From Sulfolobales archaeon (GTDB taxonomy: Archaea; Thermoproteota; Thermoprotei_A; Sulfolobales; AG1), in the NCBI GenBank assembly GCA_038867615.1, contig JAWBYA010000002.1, forward strand, positions 288,001 to 352,000: DNA of 64,000 nucleotides, read 5' to 3'. Positions within the stretch are counted from its first letter, which is position 1. Each line of letters opens with the position of its first letter. Position numbers and translations under genes: made by a program. Below, piece by piece: positions 1 to 9,856 of this stretch. Under the pieces are notes generated by a model. That model saw only the letters and a list, made by a program, of their open reading frames with translations. It was not told the DNA's origin and did not search any database.

Positions 1-1047
1 CACATCCCCTCTACCCTTAAGCCCATCCATAAGTGTTAGGAGCTGTGCCACAACCCTCCTCTCAACCTCACCCATAACCTCGTCCCTCTTCGGGGCTATC
101 GCGTCTATCTCGTCTATGAATATTATTGCTGGCGCGTTCTTCTGAGCCTCCTCGAAGATCTCTCTCAACCTCTGCTCGCTCTCACCATAGAACTTGCTCA
201 TAATCTCTGGACCATTTATAGCTATGAAGTGGGCGTTAGCCTCATTAGCTATAGCCTTTGCTAATAGCGTTTTACCAACACCTGGAGGCCCGTAGAGAAG
301 AATACCCTTAGGAGGCTCAATACCAAGCCTCCTGAAGATCTCTGGGTGCTTTAGGGGTAGCTCGACAAGCTCCCTCACCTTCCCTATAATATTGCCCAAA
401 CCACCTATATCATCGTAGGTAACCCTTGCAACTTTAATATTGCTTACAGGTCTATCGAGTATCTGTAACACTGTATCCTTTGTTATTATAACAACACCAG
501 GAGGTCTCGTCTGGATCACTACGAAGGGCATTGGCTGTCCAAGCAGGGGGACATAGACTATATCGCCCTCAACAACAGGGGTCTCCTCAAGCCTCTTCTT
601 AACATAGTTAACAAAGCTGGGCTCTATGCTTGTGAATGTAACATTACTCTGCGCAGGACCGATCTTGACTGCCTGTGCGTTTTTGGGAGAGGCCCTCCTA
701 ATAATAACCCTATCCCCGATCGAGATCCCGGCGTTCTTTCTAACAACAGCATCCATCCTTATAATATCCGGCTCATCCTCACCATAGCTAGGCCACGCTA
801 TAGCTGCTGTCTTCTTCCTCCCCTCGATCTCCACTACCTCTCCAGGGTTTATCCCTAGCTCTTTCATCACACTAATATCGATCTTAACCTTGATCTTGCT
901 ATTATCCTTAACCTTAAGCTCAGCAACCCTTAGATAGGCCTCCTTCCTTCTCCTAACACCTGGACCCTGGCTACCAGCCTCTCCAGAGCTCCCCTCGGGA
1001 GGAGGATCCGGTGATCCGGGTCCAGGCGTCTTTTCAACTCCGCTCAT
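1..1047 (-). CDS. cdc48: CDC48/VCP/p97-family AAA+ ATPase, 5' part (runs off the window)
   Basis: Manual translation from ATG at 1047: N-domain ([12 protein letters not shown]), TYDDIGGL, Walker A GPPGVGKT, Walker [23 protein letters not shown]. Not in the ORF track because it is truncated. Confidence 0.95.
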   Translation of the reverse strand, partial: MSGVEKTPGPGSPDPPPEGSSGEAGSQGPGVRRRKEAYLRVAELKVKDNSKIKVKIDISVMKELGINPGEVVEIEGRKKTAAIAWPSYGEDEPDIIRMDAVVRKNAGISIGDRVIIRRASPKNAQAVKIGPAQSNVTFTSIEPSFVNYVKKRLEETPVVEGDIVYVPLLGQPMPFVVIQTRPPGVVIITKDTVLQILDRPVSNIKVARVTYDDIGGLGNIIGKVRELVELPLKHPEIFRRLGIEPPKGILLYGPPGVGKTLLAKAIANEANAHFIAINGPEIMSKFYGESEQRLREIFEEAQKNAPAIIFIDEIDAIAPKRDEVMGEVERRVVAQLLTLMDGLKGRGDV

Positions 1048-1251
1048 GCTACCACTTCTCCACTCTCTCATATTTATAGCGGTTAAAGGTTAATATGAAT
1101 TAACCGGTAGAACTTGTATTTATATTTCATCAGATGGACAATCCTCTGATAACGATGCCCGGGATATTGCTGGATATCGAATAACCTCTGCCCCCAGATA
1201 TACCACTGAATTAAATGCAAAGAATCCTGGTATTATGTAAATATTTTTCAA

Positions 1252-3033
1252 CTATATAGAATTATCCTCGAGCGCCTCCCTCCTCCTCCTAGATTCGAAC
1301 TCCTCCGGAGTTCCTCTAGTCACGATCTCATATAGAACAGCCTCCTTACCTTCCTTAGGTCTTAGGAGTCTTCCCAGTCTCTGGATAAACTGCCTCTTAG
1401 ACCCTGTACCAGCTACTATTATCCCCACGTTAGCATCAGGTATATCTATACCCTCATCACCAACAGTTGTTAATACGAGAACCCTCTCCAAGCCTTCCCT
1501 GAATAGCTGGAAATTCCTCTCCCTAATCTTCTTCTCAGTCTCGCCAGTAACTACGGGGGCTTTGAGCTCTTTCCCTATCTCCTCGGCTTGGTCTATGTAT
1601 TGGGTGAAAACCAGGATCTTAGATCCCTTCTCCTTCTCCCTGGAGACGATCTCCTTTACCTTCTCCAGCTTTCTCTTAGCGTTATGTATTAGCTGTCTCA
1701 GCTCGCTCCTAACTTTGAGTGCCTCGACCGCCATAGGATCGCCGCTTTTCGCAGCCTTCAACAGATCCTCGAACTCCATGCCCCTTGACAGCTCTCTATA
1801 CTTCTTTCTAAGTTCTTCAAACTTCTTTTTCTCCTCAGGGGTTAGATCCACTTTAACGACCTCGATCCTGTATGGAGATAGATAGCCCGCCTCTATGAGC
1901 TCCTGGGGGCTTTTGTGATAAACCACACCTCCCATTAGTGGGAAGAGCTCTTCATGCCTCCCATCCTCTCTAGTGACTGTTGCTGATAAGCCAAGCCTGT
2001 ATGGTGAGAACATGCCGAGAGCTATAGCCCTGAACTTATCCGCTGGTAGGTGGTGGACCTCGTCTATAATGACCATCGGGAAGTAGGGGTATAGCTTATC
2101 TATATGCCTAAATGCTGTCTGGTAGGTGGCTATGGTTATCGGAGCGATCCTCTTCTCATCAGAGTAGTATAGCCCAACATGCTCCGGCCGGATGGAGGCC
2201 ATACGTATAAAATGATCCCTCCACTGGAGCATCTGCTCCCTAGTAAAGGCTACCACAAGAACCCATACGGGTTTTCTTGCAACCGCTGCAACACCAACCA
2301 CGGTCTTTCCAGAACCTGTAGGGAGGGATACGATCCCTCTATAGTTATTAGCAACCCATGCCGAGACAGCCTCCTCCTGATACTCCCTCAGCTTAACCGA
2401 TACTGAGGGTTTTATGGGGAGATATCTATCCATCGAGAACCCTGTTCTATCCTCAACCCTCACGCCACGCGAGACCAGATGCTCCTTAACCTTAACATAG
2501 TATGCTGGATATGTTACGAAAACCTTACCAGATCTATCATACCTTAAAAGCCCCCTTATATCCTCAATATAGCTACCCAGAAAGCCTCTGGGCTCTATAA
2601 CTAGCCTCGACCCCTGGCTTCTAAGAATAGCCTTTGGATGAGATCCAGAGATCTTCTCCCTCACATAGCCTATGATCTCTTCGAGCTCTTTCTCAGATAT
2701 GCCGGGGCTTGCTTTTTTCACAACCTCTCCAACGTACTCCTCATCATACCCTCTCTCAATGATCTTAGAAGGATTTATAGCGAATAGAGAACCGCTTGAA
2801 GGGCTTCTACCTAGATAATCAGCTATCTCTAGCAGCTCCCTAAACTCCTCATCACCAAGCCATCTCCTAACATGTATAATTGGCCTCTTACTCTCGCCCA
2901 AGAGGTGTTCCAAACCTAAAGATAATATTGTCTCGGAATGATTAAAATAAAAGCCTGGGTTCTTCAAAACCTTCTCTACATGGCCCCGGGGTTTAGGAGG
3001 TAACCCTACTCCAGGCATAGTATACAATTGCAT
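1252..3033 (-). CDS. xpb: XPB/Rad25-like superfamily 2 DNA helicase
   Basis: LREYQ Q-motif, PTGSGKT, DEVH, SAT, XPB-type RED motif (TREDG), QRLGRLLR. The start may be the second Met. Confidence 0.85.
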   Translation of the reverse strand: MQLYTMPGVGLPPKPRGHVEKVLKNPGFYFNHSETILSLGLEHLLGESKRPIIHVRRWLGDEEFRELLEIADYLGRSPSSGSLFAINPSKIIERGYDEEYVGEVVKKASPGISEKELEEIIGYVREKISGSHPKAILRSQGSRLVIEPRGFLGSYIEDIRGLLRYDRSGKVFVTYPAYYVKVKEHLVSRGVRVEDRTGFSMDRYLPIKPSVSVKLREYQEEAVSAWVANNYRGIVSLPTGSGKTVVGVAAVARKPVWVLVVAFTREQMLQWRDHFIRMASIRPEHVGLYYSDEKRIAPITIATYQTAFRHIDKLYPYFPMVIIDEVHHLPADKFRAIALGMFSPYRLGLSATVTREDGRHEELFPLMGGVVYHKSPQELIEAGYLSPYRIEVVKVDLTPEEKKKFEELRKKYRELSRGMEFEDLLKAAKSGDPMAVEALKVRSELRQLIHNAKRKLEKVKEIVSREKEKGSKILVFTQYIDQAEEIGKELKAPVVTGETEKKIRERNFQLFREGLERVLVLTTVGDEGIDIPDANVGIIVAGTGSKRQFIQRLGRLLRPKEGKEAVLYEIVTRGTPEEFESRRRREALEDNSI

Positions 3034-3082
3034 TTGACAGATTCAGCATATAATGCGGGGCTAATGAGTGAAAAATAACTAT

Positions 3083-3131
3083 GGGAAGAGCGGTTGATAT
3101 CAAGCAATATCAATGGCTATGAAGCCCGAAC
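3083..3131 (+). mobile_element. 3'-end fragment (copy A) of the dispersed tnpB-derived-like repeat
   Basis: GGGAAGAGCGGTTG...GCTATGAAGCCCGAAC aligns with 27852-27896 and with the reverse complement of 5437-5480. Keeps a TTGATAT/ATATCAA hairpin. Confidence 0.7.
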
Positions 3132-3200
3132 CCCGTGATAGATTGGGATAGCCTAATATAATGACTGAGGATTAAATGTAGCGGGACGAGAAACACGTAG

Positions 3201-4043
3201 GTGGGGGTCTTGTTATGCGTTAGATGCGATAACTCCAGGATAGTTTATTCAAGAGAAGATGTTATAGACATAGGTTGGGGAATGATCCTTGTAAAAAACC
3301 TCGCCCTAGGCATCTCATCTATGGGGACAGGGGATCTCTGCACAGCTATTAAGAGGTCTTTCATAACAGCTGTTGGGAGGGTTATAGAGGCTCCGAGCGG
3401 TAGTGGTAGAGAGCTTGTTGGGAGATCCGTGTTTTACAGACCAAAGATGGTTAATGACTCTGTGTGCTCATTCTCGCCAGGAGATCCTGGAGATGTTGTT
3501 GAGGTGGGAGGCGAGCTCCAGGGTGTTGAGGGTATAATAGCTATGGAGGTGCAGCTGGCGCTCAAATACTCCAGGATCCTGGGTCCTGCACCTCTAGTAA
3601 TAGGGGGAGGTTTTGAGGCCTATATAGCTCTATACGTTCTGCAATCCATTGGTGTGAGGGGCGCAACTATAGGGAGAACTTTTAGGGGTGTTGAAGCAAT
3701 AAGCCTTAGTAGCGATACTGCTACCTCGAGGATCTTTAGCAGCATATATATAGCTGGGACGGCTGATGAAGATGAGAAGAAGATCCTCAAGATCCTTGCC
3801 TCTAGAGGTAGGATCGATATATATTACCACCCATTACTAGCAGGCGAGGAGATATCGATACCGCTGGGTAGCGGGATAAAGATAAGATCCCTGGGCTACT
3901 CACACCCCCGAGCAAAAGCAATAAAACTGTCTAGAAAGATCAGGAAAACAGCTAAGGGCTATAAATACCTCGAGGCCGGGTTCGATGAAGAACCACCACT
4001 GCTGGCAGACTTCCTAATCCTATCACTATCAGACTCAGACTAG
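3201..4043 (+). CDS. Hypothetical protein, possibly a degenerate MDR/zinc alcohol dehydrogenase-like fold
   Basis: 280-aa ORF with GTG start. GISSMGTGD, AVGRVIE and LVIGGG loosely follow MDR order but canonical Zn ligands are missing. Confidence 0.5.
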   Translation: MGVLLCVRCDNSRIVYSREDVIDIGWGMILVKNLALGISSMGTGDLCTAIKRSFITAVGRVIEAPSGSGRELVGRSVFYRPKMVNDSVCSFSPGDPGDVVEVGGELQGVEGIIAMEVQLALKYSRILGPAPLVIGGGFEAYIALYVLQSIGVRGATIGRTFRGVEAISLSSDTATSRIFSSIYIAGTADEDEKKILKILASRGRIDIYYHPLLAGEEISIPLGSGIKIRSLGYSHPRAKAIKLSRKIRKTAKGYKYLEAGFDEEPPLLADFLILSLSDSD

Positions 4044-4079
4044 GAATCTATACCGATATAAGAGCCCCGGTATAGATAT

Positions 4080-5372
4080 ATGAGGGGATGTAAATCGCCG
4101 GACATAGACTTCCTGATTATAGGTGCCGGGATAATCGGGCTATCAACAGCCTATCATATTAAGTCAATGAACCCCGGCTCGAGAGTTGTTGTTATTGAGA
4201 AAAATCCCGGGCCGGGTATGGGGGATACGTCTAGATCTGCTGCTATGTTTAGAGTCTTCTTCAGCTCGAAGACAAACATGATCCTGGCTAAAAGCTCTGT
4301 CGAGTATTTCGAGCATGTTGAGAAAAACATAGGATGGGATCTTGGTATTAAGTACCTAGGCTACCTCTTTCTAGTAGATTCTGAAGAGCTTGAGGATATG
4401 AAGCCTGCGCTTGACGAGGCTGAGAGGCTTGGAGGCAGCTATAGGATTATTGATAGAGATTCTCTGAAAAACCAAGGTTTCAATGTAGATGTATCAACAG
4501 ACCCTGAGGCCAGCTTGATGGGGTTGCCAGACATAGAGGCTGGGATATATATACCAAAGGCTGGTACGCTCGACCCAGACTCTCTGGTTAGGTACTATGA
4601 GCATGCGTTCAAATCACTCGGCGGAGAGATCCTTTATAACACTGAGGTGAAGAGAATCGTGCTAGGCCCCAAGAACCCCCTCGGCATACCTGGCGAGCCA
4701 TTTGCGTGGCAAGACATAGAGGCTAAGGGTGTCGAGACATCCTCAGGATATATAGAGGCTAGAAGCATAGTTGTTGCTGCAGGCGCATATACCAGGGAGC
4801 TTTTAGAACCCATAGGAATCGATCCTATAGTTAATCCCAAAAAGAGACAGATCTTCGTTATAAGGGCTAACACAAAAGGACTCGCAGATCTCCTCAACAC
4901 GAAGGGATATAATGCGTATAACGTGATCCCGTTCACAATACTCCCCAGAGGTGTGTATATAAAGCCAGAGATCGGGGAGAAGAGCTTCTGGGTAGGTCTT
5001 TCAGATAACCTAGGAAGACCGTATGGGTTGGAGGAGTTAAAGGCTGAGGAGAGCTTCTATAGATACTCAATCCACCCTGTGCTAACCAAATACCTACCCC
5101 AGTTCTCCCAAGCATACCCTGATGCAATGTGGGCAGGCTATTACGATATAAACCCGATCGACGGACAACCAGTGATATTCATGGTAGGAAATATAGAGAT
5201 TGTTGCAGGAACCTCGGGCTCTGGGATAATGAAGGCAGACGCTATAGGGAGGATAGCATCAGCCCTAGCCCTAGGATATGATGAGGTAGAACTCTATGGC
5301 GGTATAAGGATTAGGAGCGATATGTTTGGGCTTGCCAGGAGATACATAGACCCAGAGAAACTGATCCTCTAG
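4080..5372 (+). CDS. FAD-dependent oxidoreductase, DAO/sarcosine oxidase beta/proline dehydrogenase family
   Basis: IIGAGIIGLSTAYH Rossmann motif, DTSRSAA, VVAAGAY, WAGYYD..PDGQP-like and GSGIM segments. Confidence 0.85.
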   Translation: MRGCKSPDIDFLIIGAGIIGLSTAYHIKSMNPGSRVVVIEKNPGPGMGDTSRSAAMFRVFFSSKTNMILAKSSVEYFEHVEKNIGWDLGIKYLGYLFLVDSEELEDMKPALDEAERLGGSYRIIDRDSLKNQGFNVDVSTDPEASLMGLPDIEAGIYIPKAGTLDPDSLVRYYEHAFKSLGGEILYNTEVKRIVLGPKNPLGIPGEPFAWQDIEAKGVETSSGYIEARSIVVAAGAYTRELLEPIGIDPIVNPKKRQIFVIRANTKGLADLLNTKGYNAYNVIPFTILPRGVYIKPEIGEKSFWVGLSDNLGRPYGLEELKAEESFYRYSIHPVLTKYLPQFSQAYPDAMWAGYYDINPIDGQPVIFMVGNIEIVAGTSGSGIMKADAIGRIASALALGYDEVELYGGIRIRSDMFGLARRYIDPEKLIL

Positions 5373-5436
5373 ACCCTGGACTAATATAGCCTCTGTATTC
5401 ACAACACTATATAGACTCGACCTCTAGATCTAAGGT

Positions 5437-5717
5437 GTTCGGGCTTCATAGCAGTTGATTTTTATACCAACCGCTTTTCCTCGTCTCCCTCGGCCCCCAC
5501 CCATCCAGAGAAACCCCAACCCACAGCCTCTCTTCATAGATACTCGCTGACTCATTGCTGTGGGGAAACCCCACATCCCAGCTCAACCGTAAAATAACAG
5601 AACTTATACTATGTTCCCACAGAACCAAGAGCTTAACACCAAATCCATACAAACCATCATGAAAACCGAAACAGCTGGTCACGGCTTGGGGATTCTGAGA
5701 ACTATTCAAGCCTATAC
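5437..5717 (-). mobile_element. Non-autonomous repeat element copy B (putative tnpB-deleted IS200/IS605-like derivative)
   Basis: Colinear with 12391-12710 (39-bp identical block 5579-5617 = 12571-12609) and with the reverse complement of 27517-27896. Left boundary uncertain (5687-5717). Confidence 0.75.
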
Positions 5718-6787
5718 CTAAGTATCGCTATTGCATCGCCAAACGTCTTTTTGATCCACTCGCCCTCTGGTAACGAGCTGCTTATGAAGTGAACCTCAGC
5801 CCCTCTACTCTTGGCCAGCTTCTCCAGCTCGTCAGCCTCGCTGGATTCCTCGAGTATAACTATCCTCCTAACAGCCCCCATCTCTAGGGCTTTCTTTATC
5901 TCGCTAACTCCGTAGAGGGCTAGCCCATCATCTTTAGCCAGGTGGATCTTGAACTCCTCTACGGCGCTTATAGCATCTATATATCTTTGACCCTTTATCG
6001 CGTTAGAGGCCTTCATAATGATCTCTCTCACTCCCGGCTCGCCTTGATATGACACATCATAAGGCTCTCCTATAATGAGGCTCTTCAATCTATAGTCTAG
6101 ATAGTCTCCTCTCACAAAATCCAGTTTAGCATAACCAGGCCCTCCGATCAAGATCCCTTTAAGCTTCTTCTCTTCTAGCAGTGGTATGAAATACCTAGAA
6201 GCCCTCTCGCCAACTTTTTTGTAGAAATCCTCCACCATCTGTTCTATGATCCTGTCGTATCTCCTCTGACTCTGCCCGCCCTTCGAATGCTTTCCCGGTA
6301 TATAGTCCTCTATCTCCTCAAGTATTAGGAAACCGCTTGGCTTTAGAACCGCTATTGTAGCCTGATCCCTCTCAATAATGATGATCCCATATACCTCTGA
6401 CTCCTCAACCATCGGCTCTAGGAATTCTGTGTGGAACCACTTATCGGTTCTATAGTAATAGAGGGGTACGGGGTCTGGGGGAGAGAATACAAAGGAAACC
6501 TGATCACCTGTGTCTGGGTTGACACCTGCGAAGATGACAAGACCGTTCTGAGGAATCTTCGGTATCTTTGAGAGCCTATCTATAGCCATGGATAGGGCTG
6601 TCTCGACAGCATCCCTCGTCCTCTTCAGCTTTATATTCTGTGCTATTGATAGCTCTCTTCTAAGAACCTCGAGAACATCTGCTACAGGTCTTCCCGGAGG
6701 TATATAGAGGCTGAGGAGTATTGTTGCGCTAGCCTGCCATGTCTTTAAATATGATATTATCTGCTTCAGCTTCCTTCTATCAACCAT
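5702..6787 (-). CDS. prf1: Peptide chain release factor aRF1
   Basis: LSLYIPP, NIKL (NIKS equivalent), YYYRTD, KHSKGGQSQRR with GGQ, C-terminal AILRY. Confidence 0.97.
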   Translation of the reverse strand: MVDRRKLKQIISYLKTWQASATILLSLYIPPGRPVADVLEVLRRELSIAQNIKLKRTRDAVETALSMAIDRLSKIPKIPQNGLVIFAGVNPDTGDQVSFVFSPPDPVPLYYYRTDKWFHTEFLEPMVEESEVYGIIIIERDQATIAVLKPSGFLILEEIEDYIPGKHSKGGQSQRRYDRIIEQMVEDFYKKVGERASRYFIPLLEEKKLKGILIGGPGYAKLDFVRGDYLDYRLKSLIIGEPYDVSYQGEPGVREIIMKASNAIKGQRYIDAISAVEEFKIHLAKDDGLALYGVSEIKKALEMGAVRRIVILEESSEADELEKLAKSRGAEVHFISSSLPEGEWIKKTFGDAIAILRYRLE

Positions 6788-6848
6788 GAGCTCGCTAAAT
6801 AGAAATCCCCAATAATATTCTGGCTACTGGGTGGTTTAAATGTTACCT

Positions 6849-7709
6849 CTATTCATAAATAGCTGTTGCTGATGCGTACCCAACTACCCAGGCTTTCTCG
6901 CCTGTCACGTCTCCCGATGTAGCGTATTTAAAGATCCTTGCCCTCTTATACCCCCAGATCTTTGCTAGATATATGAAAACCATCGTCGGTCCTGGACCGC
7001 ATGCTGTGACGTTTCTCTCTATTATATATCTATAAAAACCCTCCGGATCGAGTCTCTCAACATACGAGAGAGCCTCAAGATCCTTCTTCACCGTTGGTTC
7101 GTGAGGCTCGTAGTGAGACCAATCAGTTGAGGCTATATAGATCACATCCCTCCCGAGGGTCTCAACGGCCTTTGCTATAGCATTAGCAAGATCCCTGGCT
7201 GCCTCTATTGTTTGCATAGCCATGGCTATTGGTACTATCTTGAAACTAGATCCGAATATATGTTGGAGGAATGGTACTTGAACCTCTATCGAGTGCTCGT
7301 TCTCGTGGGGTATATCGTCTATGTCGAGGAAACTACTGTTCCTCGCTATCGCCTTCGCAAGCTCGCTATCAACCTCAACCTCGCCTAAAGGCGTCTCCCA
7401 GATATAGTCAATAACCGTAGCCACCATCGAGCCTATACCGCTATGGTTGGGCCCTGCTATTATAAAGGTACCCGGGTTTCCTGAGAGCGATATGTGGTAA
7501 TACGTATGAGAAGCGACGGGACCGCTGTACATATAGCCGGCATGAGGTGCTATGAAGAGCCTCGCACGCCTATCCCTCGGAGCATCTCTAATAGGTAGTT
7601 TGCCAACACCTAGGGGGTGGTTATAGGACCACTCGATTCTATTGATAAGCTGCTCTCTATCAGCCTCGTAAAAATACCCAGCAACTGCTGGGTATCTTCT
7701 CTTCTTCAA
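6849..7709 (-). CDS. MEMO1 family protein (AmmeMemoRadiSam protein B)
   Basis: [43 protein letters not shown] motifs. Confidence 0.92.
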   Translation of the reverse strand: MKKRRYPAVAGYFYEADREQLINRIEWSYNHPLGVGKLPIRDAPRDRRARLFIAPHAGYMYSGPVASHTYYHISLSGNPGTFIIAGPNHSGIGSMVATVIDYIWETPLGEVEVDSELAKAIARNSSFLDIDDIPHENEHSIEVQVPFLQHIFGSSFKIVPIAMAMQTIEAARDLANAIAKAVETLGRDVIYIASTDWSHYEPHEPTVKKDLEALSYVERLDPEGFYRYIIERNVTACGPGPTMVFIYLAKIWGYKRARIFKYATSGDVTGEKAWVVGYASATAIYE

Positions 7710-8380
7710 ATCACCACCTTTGCTTCGAACTCTTCGAGGGGTACAGGGAGCTCCTGCGTAGCGCCTAGCTGTCCTCTCTCCCTGAGAACCTGTCTTGTTA
7801 AGAGATAGTATAGCAATGCTAGTGATTTCCTACCCTTGTTATTACCCGGTATAACAAGATCTATCCCTGAGATCCTGGCATCGGTGCTTATAAAGGCAAC
7901 CACAGGCACTCCGATCTCCATAGCCTCTGTGAGAGCCTGTGTATCAACCCTGGGGTCTGATATTATAACAACCTCAGGCTCTATATAGCCGCTGAAGCGG
8001 GGGTTTGTGAATGTACCGGGCATAAACCTCCCCAGCACGGCTTTGCCTCCTGTTAGTTTTGCGAACATCTCCACAGGCTTGAAGCTATACTGCCTCCCAC
8101 CAACGGCTACCACAGAGCTTGGCTCAAATGTCGCTATGAATTTCGCTGCAACCCTTATCCTCTCATCTATCTTCCTCACATCGAGGATATAGAGACCGTC
8201 AGGCCTAACCCTGTATATGAATTTCTCAAGCTGCTTGTTGGAGAAATACGTTCCTATATGTACTCCTGACGAGAGGTACAGATCTACCGGGACTAGGAGC
8301 TCCACGGTAGCGTATTTAGTAGCCATTGCAGATTCTCTCTGTATCTCTTCAGAGCCTCCCGCCTCCTCATAGCTGCTCAT
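7706..8380 (-). CDS. rps2: 30S ribosomal protein S2 (uS2)
   Basis: [28 protein letters not shown]. Confidence 0.97.
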   Translation of the reverse strand: MSSYEEAGGSEEIQRESAMATKYATVELLVPVDLYLSSGVHIGTYFSNKQLEKFIYRVRPDGLYILDVRKIDERIRVAAKFIATFEPSSVVAVGGRQYSFKPVEMFAKLTGGKAVLGRFMPGTFTNPRFSGYIEPEVVIISDPRVDTQALTEAMEIGVPVVAFISTDARISGIDLVIPGNNKGRKSLALLYYLLTRQVLRERGQLGATQELPVPLEEFEAKVVI

Positions 8381-8391
8381 AAACCCACCAC

Positions 8392-8592
8392 CTATAGTTT
8401 TCTCGAGTAGTATATTATATCGTTTACAAGGGGTACGTGGGCTAGAAGTATCCTTCTACAGCAATACCTCTTAACACCAAGATCATCGAGAACCTTCTTC
8501 GGATCCTCACCAGCAGCAATCCTTCTAGAGAACTCCTCCCAGTGTCTCGATACAGGGTAGCCGCATGTAAAGCAACGGACAGGAATGATCAT
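8392..8592 (-). CDS. rpoN: RNA polymerase subunit N (Rpo10)
   Basis: [11 protein letters not shown]...RYCCRR. Confidence 0.98.
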   Translation of the reverse strand: MIIPVRCFTCGYPVSRHWEEFSRRIAAGEDPKKVLDDLGVKRYCCRRILLAHVPLVNDIIYYSRKL

Positions 8593-8596
8593 AGAA

Positions 8597-9013
8597 TCAC
8601 CTGTATGACTTCTGCCTAAACCTCCTAGCCGAGTATCTCATCCACTTCTCAGGCTCTGTACCTCTGGGATCGCCTGAGAGCATTGTCCTATCATACTCTC
8701 TGAAGATCTTCACAACCTCTTGGAGATCGCTAAAGAAAGAAACAAGCCCCCTAGCTATAGCCATTCTACATGCTTCTGCCTGGGACATGAAGCCACCGCC
8801 AGATACCCTGACATCTATATCTATGCTCTCCCTGATCTTCTTACCAAGCAGTAGGAGGGGCTCCATGATCTTTATCCTAGCCACCTCTATAGGGATCAGC
8901 TCGACAGGTGTCCCATTGATCCTGACCCTACCACTCCCCCTCCTAATAACAGCCCTAGCTATAGCTGTTTTTCTCCTCCCAGTAGCTATAACTATTTTCT
9001 CCTGCTCGCTCAT
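8597..9013 (-). CDS. rps9: 30S ribosomal protein S9 (uS9)
   Basis: [20 protein letters not shown]-terminal QKSYR. Start placed at the ATG overlapping the rpl13 stop (ATGA). Confidence 0.96.
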   Translation of the reverse strand: MSEQEKIVIATGRRKTAIARAVIRRGSGRVRINGTPVELIPIEVARIKIMEPLLLLGKKIRESIDIDVRVSGGGFMSQAEACRMAIARGLVSFFSDLQEVVKIFREYDRTMLSGDPRGTEPEKWMRYSARRFRQKSYR

Positions 9014-9495
9014 CCTCTCCACCCAAGCTCCCTAGCTATATCTCCTAGATAAACATATCTACCGCCAAGCCTCGACGCATCGGCTATCTCCAGCTTTACC
9101 TTAGGTAGTTTCGAGAGCTCTTCTGGAGCACCTATATATACCTTGAGTCTTTTTAAAGCCTCCATACCCTTTGTACGTTCTTTTGGAAGCATACCCCTCA
9201 CTGTCCTCTTAATAATATTGATAGGTGTTCTGGGCCTCCTAATACCACTTCTATAGGGGTTTCTATGTGTTCTAACTTTTAGTAAGAGCTTATAACCCTC
9301 GATGACTCTTTTTCTCTCGCCAGATACTACTGCCTTCTCAGCATTTATAACATACACTCTATACCCGTCTAGCAGGAGTTTTGCTATTATGGTGCACATC
9401 CTACCCAGTATTGCTTTTTCAGCATCTATAACGACAGTCTTCCCGGATCCTGCTGTTCTAGAGATCTCCTCCAATACAGATCTAAGTGTGCTCAT
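9010..9495 (-). CDS. rpl13: 50S ribosomal protein L13 (uL13)
   Basis: VIDAEKAILGR, NAEKAVVSG, RTVRGMLP. Confidence 0.96.
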   Translation of the reverse strand: MSTLRSVLEEISRTAGSGKTVVIDAEKAILGRMCTIIAKLLLDGYRVYVINAEKAVVSGERKRVIEGYKLLLKVRTHRNPYRSGIRRPRTPINIIKRTVRGMLPKERTKGMEALKRLKVYIGAPEELSKLPKVKLEIADASRLGGRYVYLGDIARELGWRG

Positions 9496-9854
9496 GCTAG
9501 GATCCTCACCCCTCTACCTTCTGGATTCTCCTTTAATAGATCTAATAGATGCATATGCCTAGAACCCGACGACCTGATCTTCTCTAGAGCTGTTTTTGAG
9601 AACTGTGCAGCGGCTATTGTTACCCTCTTCCTAAGGATCCCCCCGCCCAGAACCTTACCCGGGACTACTACTATGTCTCCTTCCTCGGCATATCTCTCGA
9701 TCTTTGATAGATTCACAACAACCCTGGATCTCGAGCTCTTGGAAAGCATCTCGGCTACATATCTCCATATGGGGGCTTTATTCCTAGTCGATGCTTTTAA
9801 GAGCTCGTCGATCGTTATCCTCACAACATAGTTAGTGGGTCCTGTTCTCCTCAT
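9492..9854 (-). CDS. rpl18e: 50S ribosomal protein L18e (eL18)
   Basis: VNLSKIERY, VVVPGKVLGGG, and operon position. Confidence 0.96.
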   Translation of the reverse strand: MRRTGPTNYVVRITIDELLKASTRNKAPIWRYVAEMLSKSSRSRVVVNLSKIERYAEEGDIVVVPGKVLGGGILRKRVTIAAAQFSKTALEKIRSSGSRHMHLLDLLKENPEGRGVRILA

Positions 9855-9856
9855 GC

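Noticed and set aside
5446-5709. 87-aa ORF (and the 73-aa ORF at 12409-12630) as real proteins
   Set aside because: Both lie inside the repeat element, on opposite element strands, and their frames are not preserved between copies.
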